DNA of 64,000 nucleotides from an uncultured Candidatus Saccharibacteria bacterium (GCA_964624815.1 CAZUZH010000001.1:1090-65089), one strand, 5' to 3'; positions 9,069 through 19,058 are shown, counted from the stretch's first letter. Numbers and translations: made by a program. Notes: generated by a model from the letters alone, not told the origin.

Positions 9069-10154
9069 TTATTTTAAAGTTTCAGCGATTGTTCTGGCAA
9101 TTTTATAAACAGGCGCATCTTTTTTTTGGACAGGGTTTAGTTTGGGCAGATTTTTTTTCATTTCTTTTTTTATTATTTCAGCCACTTTTTTGGGGTTTTT
9201 TTGAAAATAAGCGCGAGTTCTTTCTTGGGCATATTTAATATTTGCTTTTTCCTGGCCATGGACATAATCGGTTATAATAATTGGAAGGCCATTGGAGATA
9301 GCTTCTTCTATTGTTCCCGGTCCAGCCTTACCAATTACAATATTGGCTATGGACATAATTTCGGGCATTTTATTCGTATATCCCAAAACAGCTACTGGCA
9401 AAGAAGAAAGTTTTTCTTGAAGTTTTTTATTTCTTCCGCATACAACTAAAATTTGAGTGGCTATTTTTTGAGAGAGAACTTCGCACACTATTTTATAAAT
9501 AGTTCCTCCGCCCTCTCCACCGCCCGTAAATAAAGTTAAATAGCCGGGCTTAATGGCAAACTTTTTACGAATGTTTTCTAAATTTTTTGGTTTTTCGTAA
9601 AAACCCGGCTTTATTGGCAATCCTAATACCTTAATCTTTGATTCCGGTATTCTATAAGCTGAACATTGTTTTTTTGCTTGTTCGGTGGCAACAATAATTA
9701 GGTCTGCCTTTGGCTCAATCCAGCTTGCATGGACGCTTACAGGATCAGCGACAACTATTATTAATGGAATTTGGAGTTGATTGTTTTGGATTATTTTTTG
9801 GCCTAAATATCCTGCCAAACCATGAAGGCTAATAATAGCATCTGGTTTTTTATCTAAAATCAATTTATTTACTCTACGGCATACGAGCCAATAGAGGGGT
9901 TTGATTATTTCTCTCCCCATTTTGTTATTAGTCAGATGATAAACTAAACCGTATCCAACCGAACTTCTGGTGTTGTGTATGGATTTTGAGTAAATTTTTT
10001 TGATAAACTTATTAAACCAGTAGTTGCCCTCATTTAAGAAATCAATTATTTCGGTCTTAAAACAACCCATTTGTTTAAGGGTCAATATTATTGCCTGAGC
10101 TGAGGTTCGGGGTCCCCCTCCTGTGCCTGAAACTAAAAAAATAATTTTTTTCAC
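9069..10154 (-). CDS. MGDG synthase/UgtP-like GT28 glycosyltransferase
   Basis: GTGGG, GLPI, VCGRN, KAGPGT and GQEKAN motifs. Confidence 0.88.
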   Translation of the reverse strand: MKKIIFLVSGTGGGPRTSAQAIILTLKQMGCFKTEIIDFLNEGNYWFNKFIKKIYSKSIHNTRSSVGYGLVYHLTNNKMGREIIKPLYWLVCRRVNKLILDKKPDAIISLHGLAGYLGQKIIQNNQLQIPLIIVVADPVSVHASWIEPKADLIIVATEQAKKQCSAYRIPESKIKVLGLPIKPGFYEKPKNLENIRKKFAIKPGYLTLFTGGGEGGGTIYKIVCEVLSQKIATQILVVCGRNKKLQEKLSSLPVAVLGYTNKMPEIMSIANIVIGKAGPGTIEEAISNGLPIIITDYVHGQEKANIKYAQERTRAYFQKNPKKVAEIIKKEMKKNLPKLNPVQKKDAPVYKIARTIAETLK

Positions 10155-10307
10155 GGTTTTATAATTCCTTATAGAAGACCACGGCTTTATTCGTAGGTCT
10201 CTATTCTTTTTGACAACCCCATACTTTTATTTTATACACTTTTAACTAAACTTGACAAGTTTTTTTAGATGACTAAAATTAATAATGTTGGAGGGTAAAA
10301 GATTAAT

Positions 10308-10781
10308 ATGGAAGAAAGAACTTATTATTTAACTAAACAAGGCTTGAAGAAATTAAAGAAAGACTTGGAAGGTCTCAGAAAAATAAGGTATTCTAAGATT
10401 AAAGGAGAGGTACCGAGCATTTTACATTCCGAAGACATAAATTCTGAATATCTTTCTTTTTGGGAAGATGCCGATTTTTTAGAGAATAGAATAGTAGAGT
10501 TAGAGTATGTTATGAAGAACTTTGAAATTATTAAAAAGCCTCTGAAAGAAAGACAGAGCTTTATAGACTTAGGGGCAACAGTTTTAACCGAAGCCAACGG
10601 AGAGAAAGTTAAATTTAAAATTGTTGGAAGTTTGGAAGCTAACCCTTCATTAGGAAAGATCAGCGAAAGGTCTTTGGTTGGAAAAAGTCTTTTGGGCTGC
10701 AAAAAGGGAGATATTGTAAGAGTAAAGTCTTCTTTCCCTATTACTTATAAAATTATAGGAATAAAATATGAAGACATTTAA
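10308..10781 (+). CDS. GreA/GreB family elongation factor (divergent)
   Basis: YLTKQG N-terminus, coiled coil, IVGSLEANP..GKISERS.VG..LLG. Confidence 0.85.
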   Translation: MEERTYYLTKQGLKKLKKDLEGLRKIRYSKIKGEVPSILHSEDINSEYLSFWEDADFLENRIVELEYVMKNFEIIKKPLKERQSFIDLGATVLTEANGEKVKFKIVGSLEANPSLGKISERSLVGKSLLGCKKGDIVRVKSSFPITYKIIGIKYEDI

Positions 10782-10846
10782 GAAAATTATCCGCCGTGAA
10801 AACGGCGGGTTTGTTTTAAGATCTTTTATAGCAAGAGATCTTCTTT

Positions 10847-11536
10847 ATGAAAAATCTAATTAATTTTTTACTTAAAACAGGAAAATTGAAGAAAATAAGG
10901 AGAAGCGGCTGGGTATTAAGGAAAGTAAAAGACCCTGAAACAATTGCTGGACATAGTTTTCGTTTAGCAATACTTGGTTGGATTTTGGGTAAGAAAAAAG
11001 AAATAAATCCGGAAAAAATTATTAAGCTCGCTTTAATTCATGATTTGTGCGAAGTTTATAGCGGTGATATTACTCCCTATGATGATATTCTTCCAAAAGA
11101 TGAAAAAAAACAGAAAGAACTATTAAATAAGTGGCCAAGATTTTCAGACAAAAAGAAAAAGGAATACATTTTTAAAAAACACAAAAAAGAATGGGAATCT
11201 TTAAAAAAAATTGTTTCTGATTTATCAATTCCTGACCAGAAAGAAATTATTAATCTTTGGTGCGAGTATGAATTAGGATTAAGTGAAGAAAGCCGATTTA
11301 TGAAACAGTTGGATAAGGTAGAAAATCTTATTCAGGCCCTTGAGTATTGGCAAGAAGATAAAGATTTTCCAATAGTTCCATGGTGGATTCAGATTAAAGA
11401 AGAAATTGACGACCCGATTTTGCTGGATTTTGTTTATGAATTAGATAAAAAATTTCACCCTCCTAATTTTGCCCGGCAGAGTAAAAAAGCGCCCGACAGA
11501 AAACATGGAATGCAAAAAAGAGGAAAACTTAAATAA
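10847..11536 (+). CDS. HD-domain 5'-deoxynucleotidase-like protein
   Basis: LKKIRRSGW, ETIAGHS, HDLCE...GDITP, DKVE. Confidence 0.9.
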   Translation: MKNLINFLLKTGKLKKIRRSGWVLRKVKDPETIAGHSFRLAILGWILGKKKEINPEKIIKLALIHDLCEVYSGDITPYDDILPKDEKKQKELLNKWPRFSDKKKKEYIFKKHKKEWESLKKIVSDLSIPDQKEIINLWCEYELGLSEESRFMKQLDKVENLIQALEYWQEDKDFPIVPWWIQIKEEIDDPILLDFVYELDKKFHPPNFARQSKKAPDRKHGMQKRGKLK

Positions 11537-11806
11537 TTGTCTCTGCCCCGTTAGATATTTTGGTTTTATTATCGACAATAAAGGTTAAAACCTCTTTTTT
11601 CTTTTGTAAGATTTATTTTGTAATATTGCTCTGTATCTAACGGGACCTGTACTTATCCTAGTTGTGATAAAAAAGGTATGTGCCGTGAGTGTTTAAGGTA
11701 TCATTTAGACAGAGATGAGCTTCCTGCTTTCTATTTTGATATGGCAAGTGAAAAAACTTATGATAGGTCAATAGAAAATTTTATTAGAATAAAATCCCAA
11801 AAATGA
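11505..11806 (+). pseudogene. Small Cys-rich protein (DUF6485-like), frameshifted by a mini-element insertion
   Basis: MECKKEENLNNC(L), then a 104-nt insertion, then CTYPSCDKKGMCRECLRYHL..ELPA..EKTYDRSIENF in another frame; family assigned from recalled motif similarity. Confidence 0.75.
11546..11645. mobile_element. CCCCGTTAGA/TCTAACGGG mini-element (100 bp)
   Basis: Inverted ends CCCGTTAGATA/TATCTAACGGG; flanks TCTG/CCTG. Confidence 0.8.
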
Positions 11807-11923
11807 TTAGAAAAAATATAAATAGTTTAAAATACTACGAGAACGGTTCTCGTAGTGTTTTGTTATTTATACTTGTGAATAAATAAGTTTTGTTTGTTTT
11901 CAAAAACAGGTATAATTATTTAT

Positions 11924-12934
11924 ATGAAAAAAGTTTTATTCTTTTTATTAACTCTTTTAATTGGATTATGGATTTTTTACTTTATTATAAGAACTGTTGG
12001 TCTGGAAAGCATGAAGTATGCTTTCTCTATTTTTTTAGGAGCTAAAGGAATTGCTGTTTTTGGTTTAACTTTTCTAATGCTGGTTATTGGGGTTTGGAAA
12101 TGGAAACTTGTGTTGAAAACACAAGGACACAAAGTTTCTTTAAAAGAGTTGCTGGGTTTCCGTTTTTCCAGTTTCTCTATGTTGTTTTTTGCGCCTATGC
12201 TGGTTTTAGGCGGGGATATTTTTCGGAGTTATGCTTTGAAAGAAAAAAAAGACGTGCCATGGGAAAAAGCAATGGGGTCAGTCATAATAGACAGAATATT
12301 GGAGTGGACATGTAATTTAATGATAGTTTTAAGCGGTGTTGTTTTTTTTATCTTAAAAGTCGGAATTATTCCACATAAATTTAAAGTAATTTTATTTGGT
12401 TCTCTCATAATTCTAATCATGGGGGCTGTATTTTTTTATATCAGGTCTTTTAGAAAAAAGAGCATACTAAGGATTTTTATGAGGCGGACCAAACAGAATC
12501 ATTTTCTGGACATAGAACAAGAGGTTTTCAAATTTTTCAAACCTAAAAAAATAGCAATGTGGAAATGCCTTGCCATTTCTTTTTTTAGAAGTTTAATTGC
12601 CGTTTTAAGGTGCTGGCTGGTAATAATGTTTTTAGGAAAAGGATTAGCTGTTTTCCCTGCCATTTCTATTCTCGGTTTTTATTTTTTAGCTCTTTTAATT
12701 CCCATTCCAGCTGCACTGGGAAGCCATGATGCCTTACAGGCTTTTGCTTTTAGCGCCTTAGGCTTGGGGGCCGGCTCCGGAGCAGCTTTTGCCACGATTA
12801 TCAGGGGAGCAGAGTTAGCTGCTGCTTTAATCGGATTAGTTCTTTTATTTAGGCTTGGGGTTGGTTTAATCAGGGATATTTTCTTTAAAAAAATAGATAT
12901 CTTTTTAGGCTCAATTACAAATTCCAAGGAATAA
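11924..12934 (+). CDS. Lysylphosphatidylglycerol synthase TM / UPF0104 flippase-like membrane protein
   Basis: KWKLVL, GGDIFR, DRILE and PIPAALG motifs; multi-TM. Confidence 0.85.
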   Translation: MKKVLFFLLTLLIGLWIFYFIIRTVGLESMKYAFSIFLGAKGIAVFGLTFLMLVIGVWKWKLVLKTQGHKVSLKELLGFRFSSFSMLFFAPMLVLGGDIFRSYALKEKKDVPWEKAMGSVIIDRILEWTCNLMIVLSGVVFFILKVGIIPHKFKVILFGSLIILIMGAVFFYIRSFRKKSILRIFMRRTKQNHFLDIEQEVFKFFKPKKIAMWKCLAISFFRSLIAVLRCWLVIMFLGKGLAVFPAISILGFYFLALLIPIPAALGSHDALQAFAFSALGLGAGSGAAFATIIRGAELAAALIGLVLLFRLGVGLIRDIFFKKIDIFLGSITNSKE

Positions 12935-13033
12935 TAAAGTTTACCTTATCTACCAAAGGATTTAATGATATAATTGATAAAAGCGGTCTAAGTAAAGGAA
13001 AATATATGTTAAAATAATTAAAGGTTAAATAAT

Positions 13034-13675
13034 ATGTTTAAATCAATCAACAAAGTTATAAAAGTTTTAATCTATAGTGATTTTGTTTTAAATAGCGCTT
13101 GGGGTTTTGTTGCTCCGATTTTTGCTCTTTTTGTTGTTAAAAATATTACCGGAGGCGATGTGGCAAAGGGCGCTGAAGTGGCTGGTTTCGCTGCTCTTTT
13201 TTATTGGGTTGCGAAATCTCTTTTACAGATTCCTCTTAGTAAAGGTTTTGACAAAAGGACTGGAGAAAGAGATGATTATTGGTTTATGTTTTTTGGACTA
13301 TTTATAACCGGACTTGCTCCTTTTGGCTTTTTAATATGCAGTCTGCCTTGGCATATTTATTTATTTCAATTATTACACGCTGCCGGCATGGCAATGTTTG
13401 TTCCTTCGTGGAACGCTGTTTTTACCAGACATATGGATACAAAAAAAGCGGCTTATGAATGGGGAATGGACAGCACGCTTCTTGGCCTTGGAATAGGAAT
13501 TACAGGCGCTATAGGAGGATTAATAGCCGCCTTGATAGGATTTGAAGTGATTTTTATTTTAGCCGGGACATTAACAATAGTTTCTGCGTTTATTCTTCTT
13601 TTTATCCATAAAAAAATTCTTCCCCGTGACCGCTTATTGCCAAAGCTTCCGTTTATTAGGGGCCGCCAATTTTAA
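13034..13675 (+). CDS. MFS-type transporter (half-size, about 6 TM)
   Basis: APIFALFV and MFS-like helix pattern, 213 aa. Confidence 0.75.
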   Translation: MFKSINKVIKVLIYSDFVLNSAWGFVAPIFALFVVKNITGGDVAKGAEVAGFAALFYWVAKSLLQIPLSKGFDKRTGERDDYWFMFFGLFITGLAPFGFLICSLPWHIYLFQLLHAAGMAMFVPSWNAVFTRHMDTKKAAYEWGMDSTLLGLGIGITGAIGGLIAALIGFEVIFILAGTLTIVSAFILLFIHKKILPRDRLLPKLPFIRGRQF

Positions 13676-13768
13676 AGACAGAAGCCATAAAACGCCTTTA
13701 CAACGCCATTAAACTTCTTTATATTTTGTCATATAAAGGCGTAGTAATGGTGACTAAAGGCTTCTATA

Positions 13769-15544
13769 ATGAATAACAGAGAATTAGCTAAAATCTTTTA
13801 TGAGATGGCTCAGTATATGAAAATGGAAGAAATAGATTTTAAACCTTTTGCTTATGAAAGAGCAGGCGCAAGCATAGAAGCCTTGGAGCAGGATGTTGAG
13901 GAGATTTATAAAGAAGGAGGTGTAGCAGGACTGGAAAAGATTTCAGGAGTTGGAAAAAATATTGCCAGAAAGATTGAGGAGTATATAAGCACGGGGAATA
14001 TTAAGACATATCAGAGATTGAAAAAGAAAACACCTGTTAACCTTGAAGAGCTGGTTAATATTGAGGGAGTGGGTGTGAAAAAAGTTAAAATTTTATACAG
14101 AAAGTTAAAAATTAAAAACCTAAAAGATTTAGAAAAAGCTGCCAAAGCTCATAAAATCGCTCCCTTATTCGGTTTTGGTGAAAAAACTGAGAAAAATATT
14201 TTACAAGGAATTAAGTTTTTAAAAAGAAGCAAGGGGAGATTTTTATTAGGAGAGATTTTGCCTCATGTTCGTGAAATTATAGAAAGATTAAAGAGCTTGG
14301 AAGAGGTTGAACAAATCAGCACCGCCGGTTCTTTGAGGCGGATGAAAGAAACAATTGGAGACGCCGATATTTTAGTTGTTTCAGGGAAGCCGTCCAGTGT
14401 GATGGATTTTTTTTGTTCTTTACCAGAGGTCGTAAAAATTTGGAGCAAAGGAAATACGAAAAGTTCAGTAAGGATGGAAAATAGTTTTGGGCACGTTAGA
14501 AATAAGATTTCTAACGGAGTTGATATAGACATTAGGGTCGTAGCTAAAGAAAGCTATGGTTCAGCGCTTCAATATTTTACCGGCTCAAAAGAACATAATA
14601 TAATAACTAGAAAGATTGCTATTGCCAAAAAACTAAAATTAAATGAATACGGAATTTTTCAAGGCAAGAAAATGATAGCCGGCAAAACAGAAAAAGAGAT
14701 TTACAAAATTTTAGGAATGGATTGGATTCCTCCGGAAATGCGTGAGAATCAAGGAGAAATTGAACTTGCCTTAAAGAAAAAACTGCCAAGAATTATTGAT
14801 TATAAGGATATTAAAGGAGATTTACATTGCCATTCTAACTGGGACGGCGGAGTAAATTCAATTTTAGAAATAGCAGAAACAGCCATGGAAATGAGTTATG
14901 AGTATTTAGGAATTTCTGACCACACTAAGTTTTTACGCATAGAAAATGGCTTAGATGAAAGGCAGTTATCCCAGCAGAGAAAAGAAATAGAAAAAATAAA
15001 TGCCAAAATCCAAAACTCAAATGTCAAATCAAGCTCAAAATCCAAATTTCAAATTTTACAGGGATGTGAAACTAATATTTTAAATAACGGCTCGGTTGAT
15101 ATAAAAGACGAAGCCTTGAAGAAATTAGACTATGTTATTGCCGGTGTTCATTCAAGCTTCAAGATGTCTAAAGAAAAAATGACTGAAAGAATTATTAGAG
15201 CAATGAAAAATCCCCATATTAAAATAATTTCCCACCCCACCGGAAGAATTTTGAAAAAGCGGGAGGAATACCAGATAGATTTTGACAGAATTCTACGCGC
15301 AGCCAAACAAACAGAAACAATTTTAGAAATTAATGCCTATCCCGTAAGATTGGATTTAAACGACAAGAATATCAGGCGAGCAAAAAGAGCCGGAGTAAAG
15401 ATGATTATTAACACTGATTCCCACCAAAAAAATCAGCTGCGCTTTATAGAATTCGGCATTGCCCAAGCTCGCAGGGGATGGGCAGAAAAGAAAGACATTA
15501 TCAACACTCAGCCATTGCAAAAACTATTGAAGTTTTTGGAATAA
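13769..15544 (+). CDS. polX: DNA polymerase X with PHP 3'-5' exonuclease domain
   Basis: HhH motifs, AGSLRR.KETIGDADIL, YFTGSKEHN, DLHCHS, INTDSH. Confidence 0.95.
   Translation: MNNRELAKIFYEMAQYMKMEEIDFKPFAYERAGASIEALEQDVEEIYKEGGVAGLEKISGVGKNIARKIEEYISTGNIKTYQRLKKKTPVNLEELVNIEGVGVKKVKILYRKLKIKNLKDLEKAAKAHKIAPLFGFGEKTEKNILQGIKFLKRSKGRFLLGEILPHVREIIERLKSLEEVEQISTAGSLRRMKETIGDADILVVSGKPSSVMDFFCSLPEVVKIWSKGNTKSSVRMENSFGHVRNKISNGVDIDIRVVAKESYGSALQYFTGSKEHNIITRKIAIAKKLKLNEYGIFQGKKMIAGKTEKEIYKILGMDWIPPEMRENQGEIELALKKKLPRIIDYKDIKGDLHCHSNWDGGVNSILEIAETAMEMSYEYLGISDHTKFLRIENGLDERQLSQQRKEIEKINAKIQNSNVKSSSKSKFQILQGCETNILNNGSVDIKDEALKKLDYVIAGVHSSFKMSKEKMTERIIRAMKNPHIKIISHPTGRILKKREEYQIDFDRILRAAKQTETILEINAYPVRLDLNDKNIRRAKRAGVKMIINTDSHQKNQLRFIEFGIAQARRGWAEKKDIINTQPLQKLLKFLE
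14491..14519. mobile_element. Degenerate in-frame CGTTAGA/TCTAACG mini-element in polX
   Basis: CGTTAGAAAT-AAG-ATTTCTAACG; flanks TTGG/TTGA; 33 nt added. Confidence 0.7.
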
Positions 15545-15586
15545 AAAACCGGATTAAATTTCTCGTTCAAAGAAATTTAATCCGGA

Positions 15587-15757
15587 TTAGAGCCGTCTAT
15601 TTATTTCTGGTCCGGTGCTTCCCACAAGCAAGATTATACCCACAAAAAAGAGAGGATACCATTTTTCAATAAAAACATCTGGATCGTTCAGAAAAATGAC
15701 CACGCTTATAGCGGAACATACCAAACCAAAAACGGCTAATATTTTTTTAATTTTCAC
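15587..15757 (-). CDS. Small two-TM protein (56 aa), missing from the ORF track
   Basis: AAGGAG SD then GTG; MKIKKILAVFGLVCSAISVVIFLNDPDVFIEKWYPLFFVGIILLVGSTGPEINRRL. Confidence 0.65.
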   Translation of the reverse strand: MKIKKILAVFGLVCSAISVVIFLNDPDVFIEKWYPLFFVGIILLVGSTGPEINRRL

Positions 15758-15831
15758 TTTTATTCTCCTTTCCTTTTTAATAGTTGTGAAAAGATCTATA
15801 AATAGTATATCATAGTTTAAGATTTATTTCA

Positions 15832-17553
15832 ATGAAAAAAATTCTTAAATCACCTGTCTTTCAAATTAGTCTAATTCTTATTTTAGTCACAATCGTTTAT
15901 TTTAATGTTTTTAAGGTTCCTTTTATTTGGGACGATGAAGTTCAAATCGTAGGGAATCAGTTTGTCACGAATTCCGGATTTTTCAAAGAAATTTTTACCA
16001 GTACGGTGATGCAAGGAGGCAGCGGTCCGGGCGGAGCTTCTTTTTATCGCCCCTTAGTGGTTTTATTTTATCGTTTTGAATATATTTTATTTGGATTAAA
16101 TCCAGCAGGCTTTCATTTAATAAGCCTGCTTTTTCATTTCTTAAATATAGTTTTAATTTATTCATTAGTCAGAAAAATCACCCAAAAATACCTTTTAAAA
16201 TTAACTTCATTGGCCCCGTTTTTAGCTTGCTTTTTATTTGCTTTTCATCCGATTAATGTTGAGGCAGTTTCATGGATTGCCGTTCAGGGAGATTTAGTTG
16301 CGGCCTCTGCTCTCTTGACGTCTTTCTTTCTTTTAATTTTTTGGGCGGAAAGCGGATTTCAAAAAAGGAAATATTTAATTGGAGCCCAATGTTTATTTTG
16401 CTCAGCTTTATTTATTAAAGAGCCGACTATAATTTTTCCATTAATATTTTTTATTTACTTGCTTATTTTTTACCCAATTAGAAAAAATTTTTCTAATTGG
16501 GTAGCATATTTAAAATTTATTCTCACTTCTGTTGCAACGGTTTCAATTTATGCTGTTTTTCGTTTTTTAATAGCTAAAATTTATTTTGGTTCATCTCTCT
16601 CCTTAATTGGCAAAGCTTCCAAAATGGAGCATTTTCTTACTGATATAACTTCATTGGGAAATTACTTTAAGCTTATATTTTTCCCTTCTCCTCTTTGCAG
16701 CGATCGCCAGTTTATCATCTCTCATGTATCTGATTGCCGTTTTATTATTTCTGCCCTGTTTTTAATTTTTCTGATATTTTTATTTATTAAATTTCGCAAA
16801 AAAATCAGTCCAATTATTCATTTCTTTACGGCTTGGTTTTTTATTGGGATTTTGATTACTATTAATTTTCTTTTCCCGGGCGGGCCGGTTATGGCTGAGC
16901 GATACCTTTATTTTCCCGCTATTGGATTGATTATTTTAATCGCTTTTGGTCTAAGTTATATTTTCCAGAAGCCATCTAAACGCTGGCGATTTTTTTTAAT
17001 TTTCCTGTTTATAATTAATTTCGCTTTTTGGGGCTATAAAATTTGGACAAGAAATCAACAATGGCAATCTCCCCTGAGTTTTTATCAGCACGATGCACAA
17101 CTATCACAGAATAGCTTTCTTTTAGAGACTAATCTCGGAGTAGAATACTTCCGGCATAAGAATTTTGACGGGGCTGAAAAAGCTTTTCTTAGGGCAATTG
17201 AAATTGAGCCGAGTTACGGCGTTGCCCATAATAATTTGGGAGTGATTTTAAAACAAAAAGGCAAAACGGAAGAAGCGGTTTCAGAATATAAAAAAGCAAT
17301 AACCCTTTCCAATTATTATCTGGCTTATATTAATTTGGGTGATATTTATTTTACGAACCAAAATTATAAGGAGGCGATTCTTCTGCTGAAAAGAGCTTCT
17401 AATTTCTTTCCCTATAATTCAGCCGTGCTTTCCCGTTTAGCCCTGGCTTATTGGCAGACAGAAGATTTTGAGAAAGCCAGAGCTATAGCTGTTAGGCTTT
17501 TAGCCATTAATCCAAATGACCAATTAGCCAAAAGCATTTTACAAGGCAAATGA
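15832..17553 (+). CDS. TMTC-like GT-C membrane glycosyltransferase with C-terminal TPRs
   Basis: FIWDD, FYRPL, HPINVEAV.WI, KE and ERYLYFP motifs followed by TPR repeats. Confidence 0.88.
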   Translation: MKKILKSPVFQISLILILVTIVYFNVFKVPFIWDDEVQIVGNQFVTNSGFFKEIFTSTVMQGGSGPGGASFYRPLVVLFYRFEYILFGLNPAGFHLISLLFHFLNIVLIYSLVRKITQKYLLKLTSLAPFLACFLFAFHPINVEAVSWIAVQGDLVAASALLTSFFLLIFWAESGFQKRKYLIGAQCLFCSALFIKEPTIIFPLIFFIYLLIFYPIRKNFSNWVAYLKFILTSVATVSIYAVFRFLIAKIYFGSSLSLIGKASKMEHFLTDITSLGNYFKLIFFPSPLCSDRQFIISHVSDCRFIISALFLIFLIFLFIKFRKKISPIIHFFTAWFFIGILITINFLFPGGPVMAERYLYFPAIGLIILIAFGLSYIFQKPSKRWRFFLIFLFIINFAFWGYKIWTRNQQWQSPLSFYQHDAQLSQNSFLLETNLGVEYFRHKNFDGAEKAFLRAIEIEPSYGVAHNNLGVILKQKGKTEEAVSEYKKAITLSNYYLAYINLGDIYFTNQNYKEAILLLKRASNFFPYNSAVLSRLALAYWQTEDFEKARAIAVRLLAINPNDQLAKSILQGK

Positions 17554-17633
17554 AGGTCTAAAAAATGCCTAGGCAAGAAAATTAGACCTCTACTCCCCGA
17601 TTAGCATATAGCGTAGCGGGGACTGGCACATTT

Positions 17634-17915
17634 ATGCAAAATTTTCAAAAAGGAGTTTTTAGAGTTGTAAAGAAAATTTCGCGAGGGAGAGTTTTAAACT
17701 ACAAAGAAGTTGCCAAAAGGGCCGGCAGTTCTCGGGCTTGGCGGGCGGTTGGAAATATTTTGAATAAAAATAAAAACCCCAGAATTCCCTGCCACCGAGT
17801 AATTCGTTCTAACGGCAAAATCGGCGGCTACAATCAAGGAACAAAGAAAAAAGCCTTGCTTTTACAAAAAGAGGGTGTTAGAATTAAAAAGTTCAAAGCG
17901 GAGAAAAAGTTTTAG
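17634..17915 (+). CDS. MGMT family (O6-methylguanine-DNA methyltransferase) protein
   Basis: RAVG and PCHRV active-site motif. Confidence 0.92.
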   Translation: MQNFQKGVFRVVKKISRGRVLNYKEVAKRAGSSRAWRAVGNILNKNKNPRIPCHRVIRSNGKIGGYNQGTKKKALLLQKEGVRIKKFKAEKKF

Positions 17916-17948
17916 TACCTTAATAGCAGCAAAAAAGGAGGAAAGAAA

Positions 17949-19058
17949 ATGGCTGGAATGAAATATTCAGATTATGTTGACTACGGCAGGCTTGATCCTT
18001 TTAAGAGAGCTATGCTCAATGCTGTGAAAGCAGGCGTTGGCATTATTAAAAAGCTGAACATCAAGATTATCCGAGAAAGTATTGGTGGGCCGGCAGTGGT
18101 TTTTGATTTTTTAGACGCCGATCATATGTTAGCTTTCACCAATGATGGTGTTGGCACTAAAACCATCGTGGATAATATGATGAGCTTTTCAAGGGTTTGT
18201 CAGGGCAAATCTTTTTGTTATAACATTGGGTATGACTTGATTGCTGCTAATGTTAATGACTTAATTTGCGTTGGCGCCGCTCCTTTTGCCCTGCTTAATG
18301 AGTTGATGGTGGATAAAAACAGTTGGTTTGATGGTCCAGTCGGAGATGTCCGAATATTTAATTTAATTTCTGGACTCAGAAGAGCTTGTGAAGAGGCAAA
18401 CATTATTATCCCTGGCGGAGAAACAGCAGTAATGTCGGATGTTTTAAACATCGGTAATTATACGCTTAGCGGTTCTGCCTTGGGAATAATTCAGCCAAAG
18501 AAAAGGGCAATTCTTGGCGGGCAAAAAATCAGGGAAGGGGATGTTATTTTAGGGTTAGCCAGCAACGGTATTCATGCCAATGGCTTAACCTTAGCCAGAA
18601 GAATTGTTGAAAAAAGACTAAAACAGAGATTTTTGACTTCTTTTGGAGAAAAGACTGTTGGCGAAGAATTATTGCGCCCGAGCAAGATTTATGTCAACCC
18701 AGTTTTAGCTCTTTGGGAGGCCGGGATTGCGATTCACTACATGAGCCATATCACTGGCTCGGGCTGGAAGAAAATAATGCGAGCCAGGCAGCCATTTACT
18801 TATCAAATAAACTATGTGCCTCCGCCTCATCCGATTTTTACTTTCTTGCAAAATAGAGGCCAAGTTACTGATAAGCAAGCTTATCAGACTTGGAATATGG
18901 GAGTTGGGTTTGTGGTTATTTTGAAGCCAGATGATGCTAAAAAAGCAAGGAGCTTACGTTGGAAGTCCGGGGCAAGAACGTATGTTTTAGGAATAGTAAA
19001 GAAAGGTCCAAAAGAGGTAAGAATCAGACCGCTCAATATTATTTATAAAGGAGAATAG
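17949..19058 (+). CDS. purM: Phosphoribosylformylglycinamidine cyclo-ligase (PurM-like)
   Basis: DGVGTK, NDL...GA.P, GGETA, SNGIHANG, HITGSG and WNMGVG motifs; strong SD. Confidence 0.88.
   Translation: MAGMKYSDYVDYGRLDPFKRAMLNAVKAGVGIIKKLNIKIIRESIGGPAVVFDFLDADHMLAFTNDGVGTKTIVDNMMSFSRVCQGKSFCYNIGYDLIAANVNDLICVGAAPFALLNELMVDKNSWFDGPVGDVRIFNLISGLRRACEEANIIIPGGETAVMSDVLNIGNYTLSGSALGIIQPKKRAILGGQKIREGDVILGLASNGIHANGLTLARRIVEKRLKQRFLTSFGEKTVGEELLRPSKIYVNPVLALWEAGIAIHYMSHITGSGWKKIMRARQPFTYQINYVPPPHPIFTFLQNRGQVTDKQAYQTWNMGVGFVVILKPDDAKKARSLRWKSGARTYVLGIVKKGPKEVRIRPLNIIYKGE

Noticed and set aside
15615-15815. 66-aa ORF on the + strand
   Set aside because: The opposite-strand ORF 15587-15757 has an SD and a coherent TM pattern
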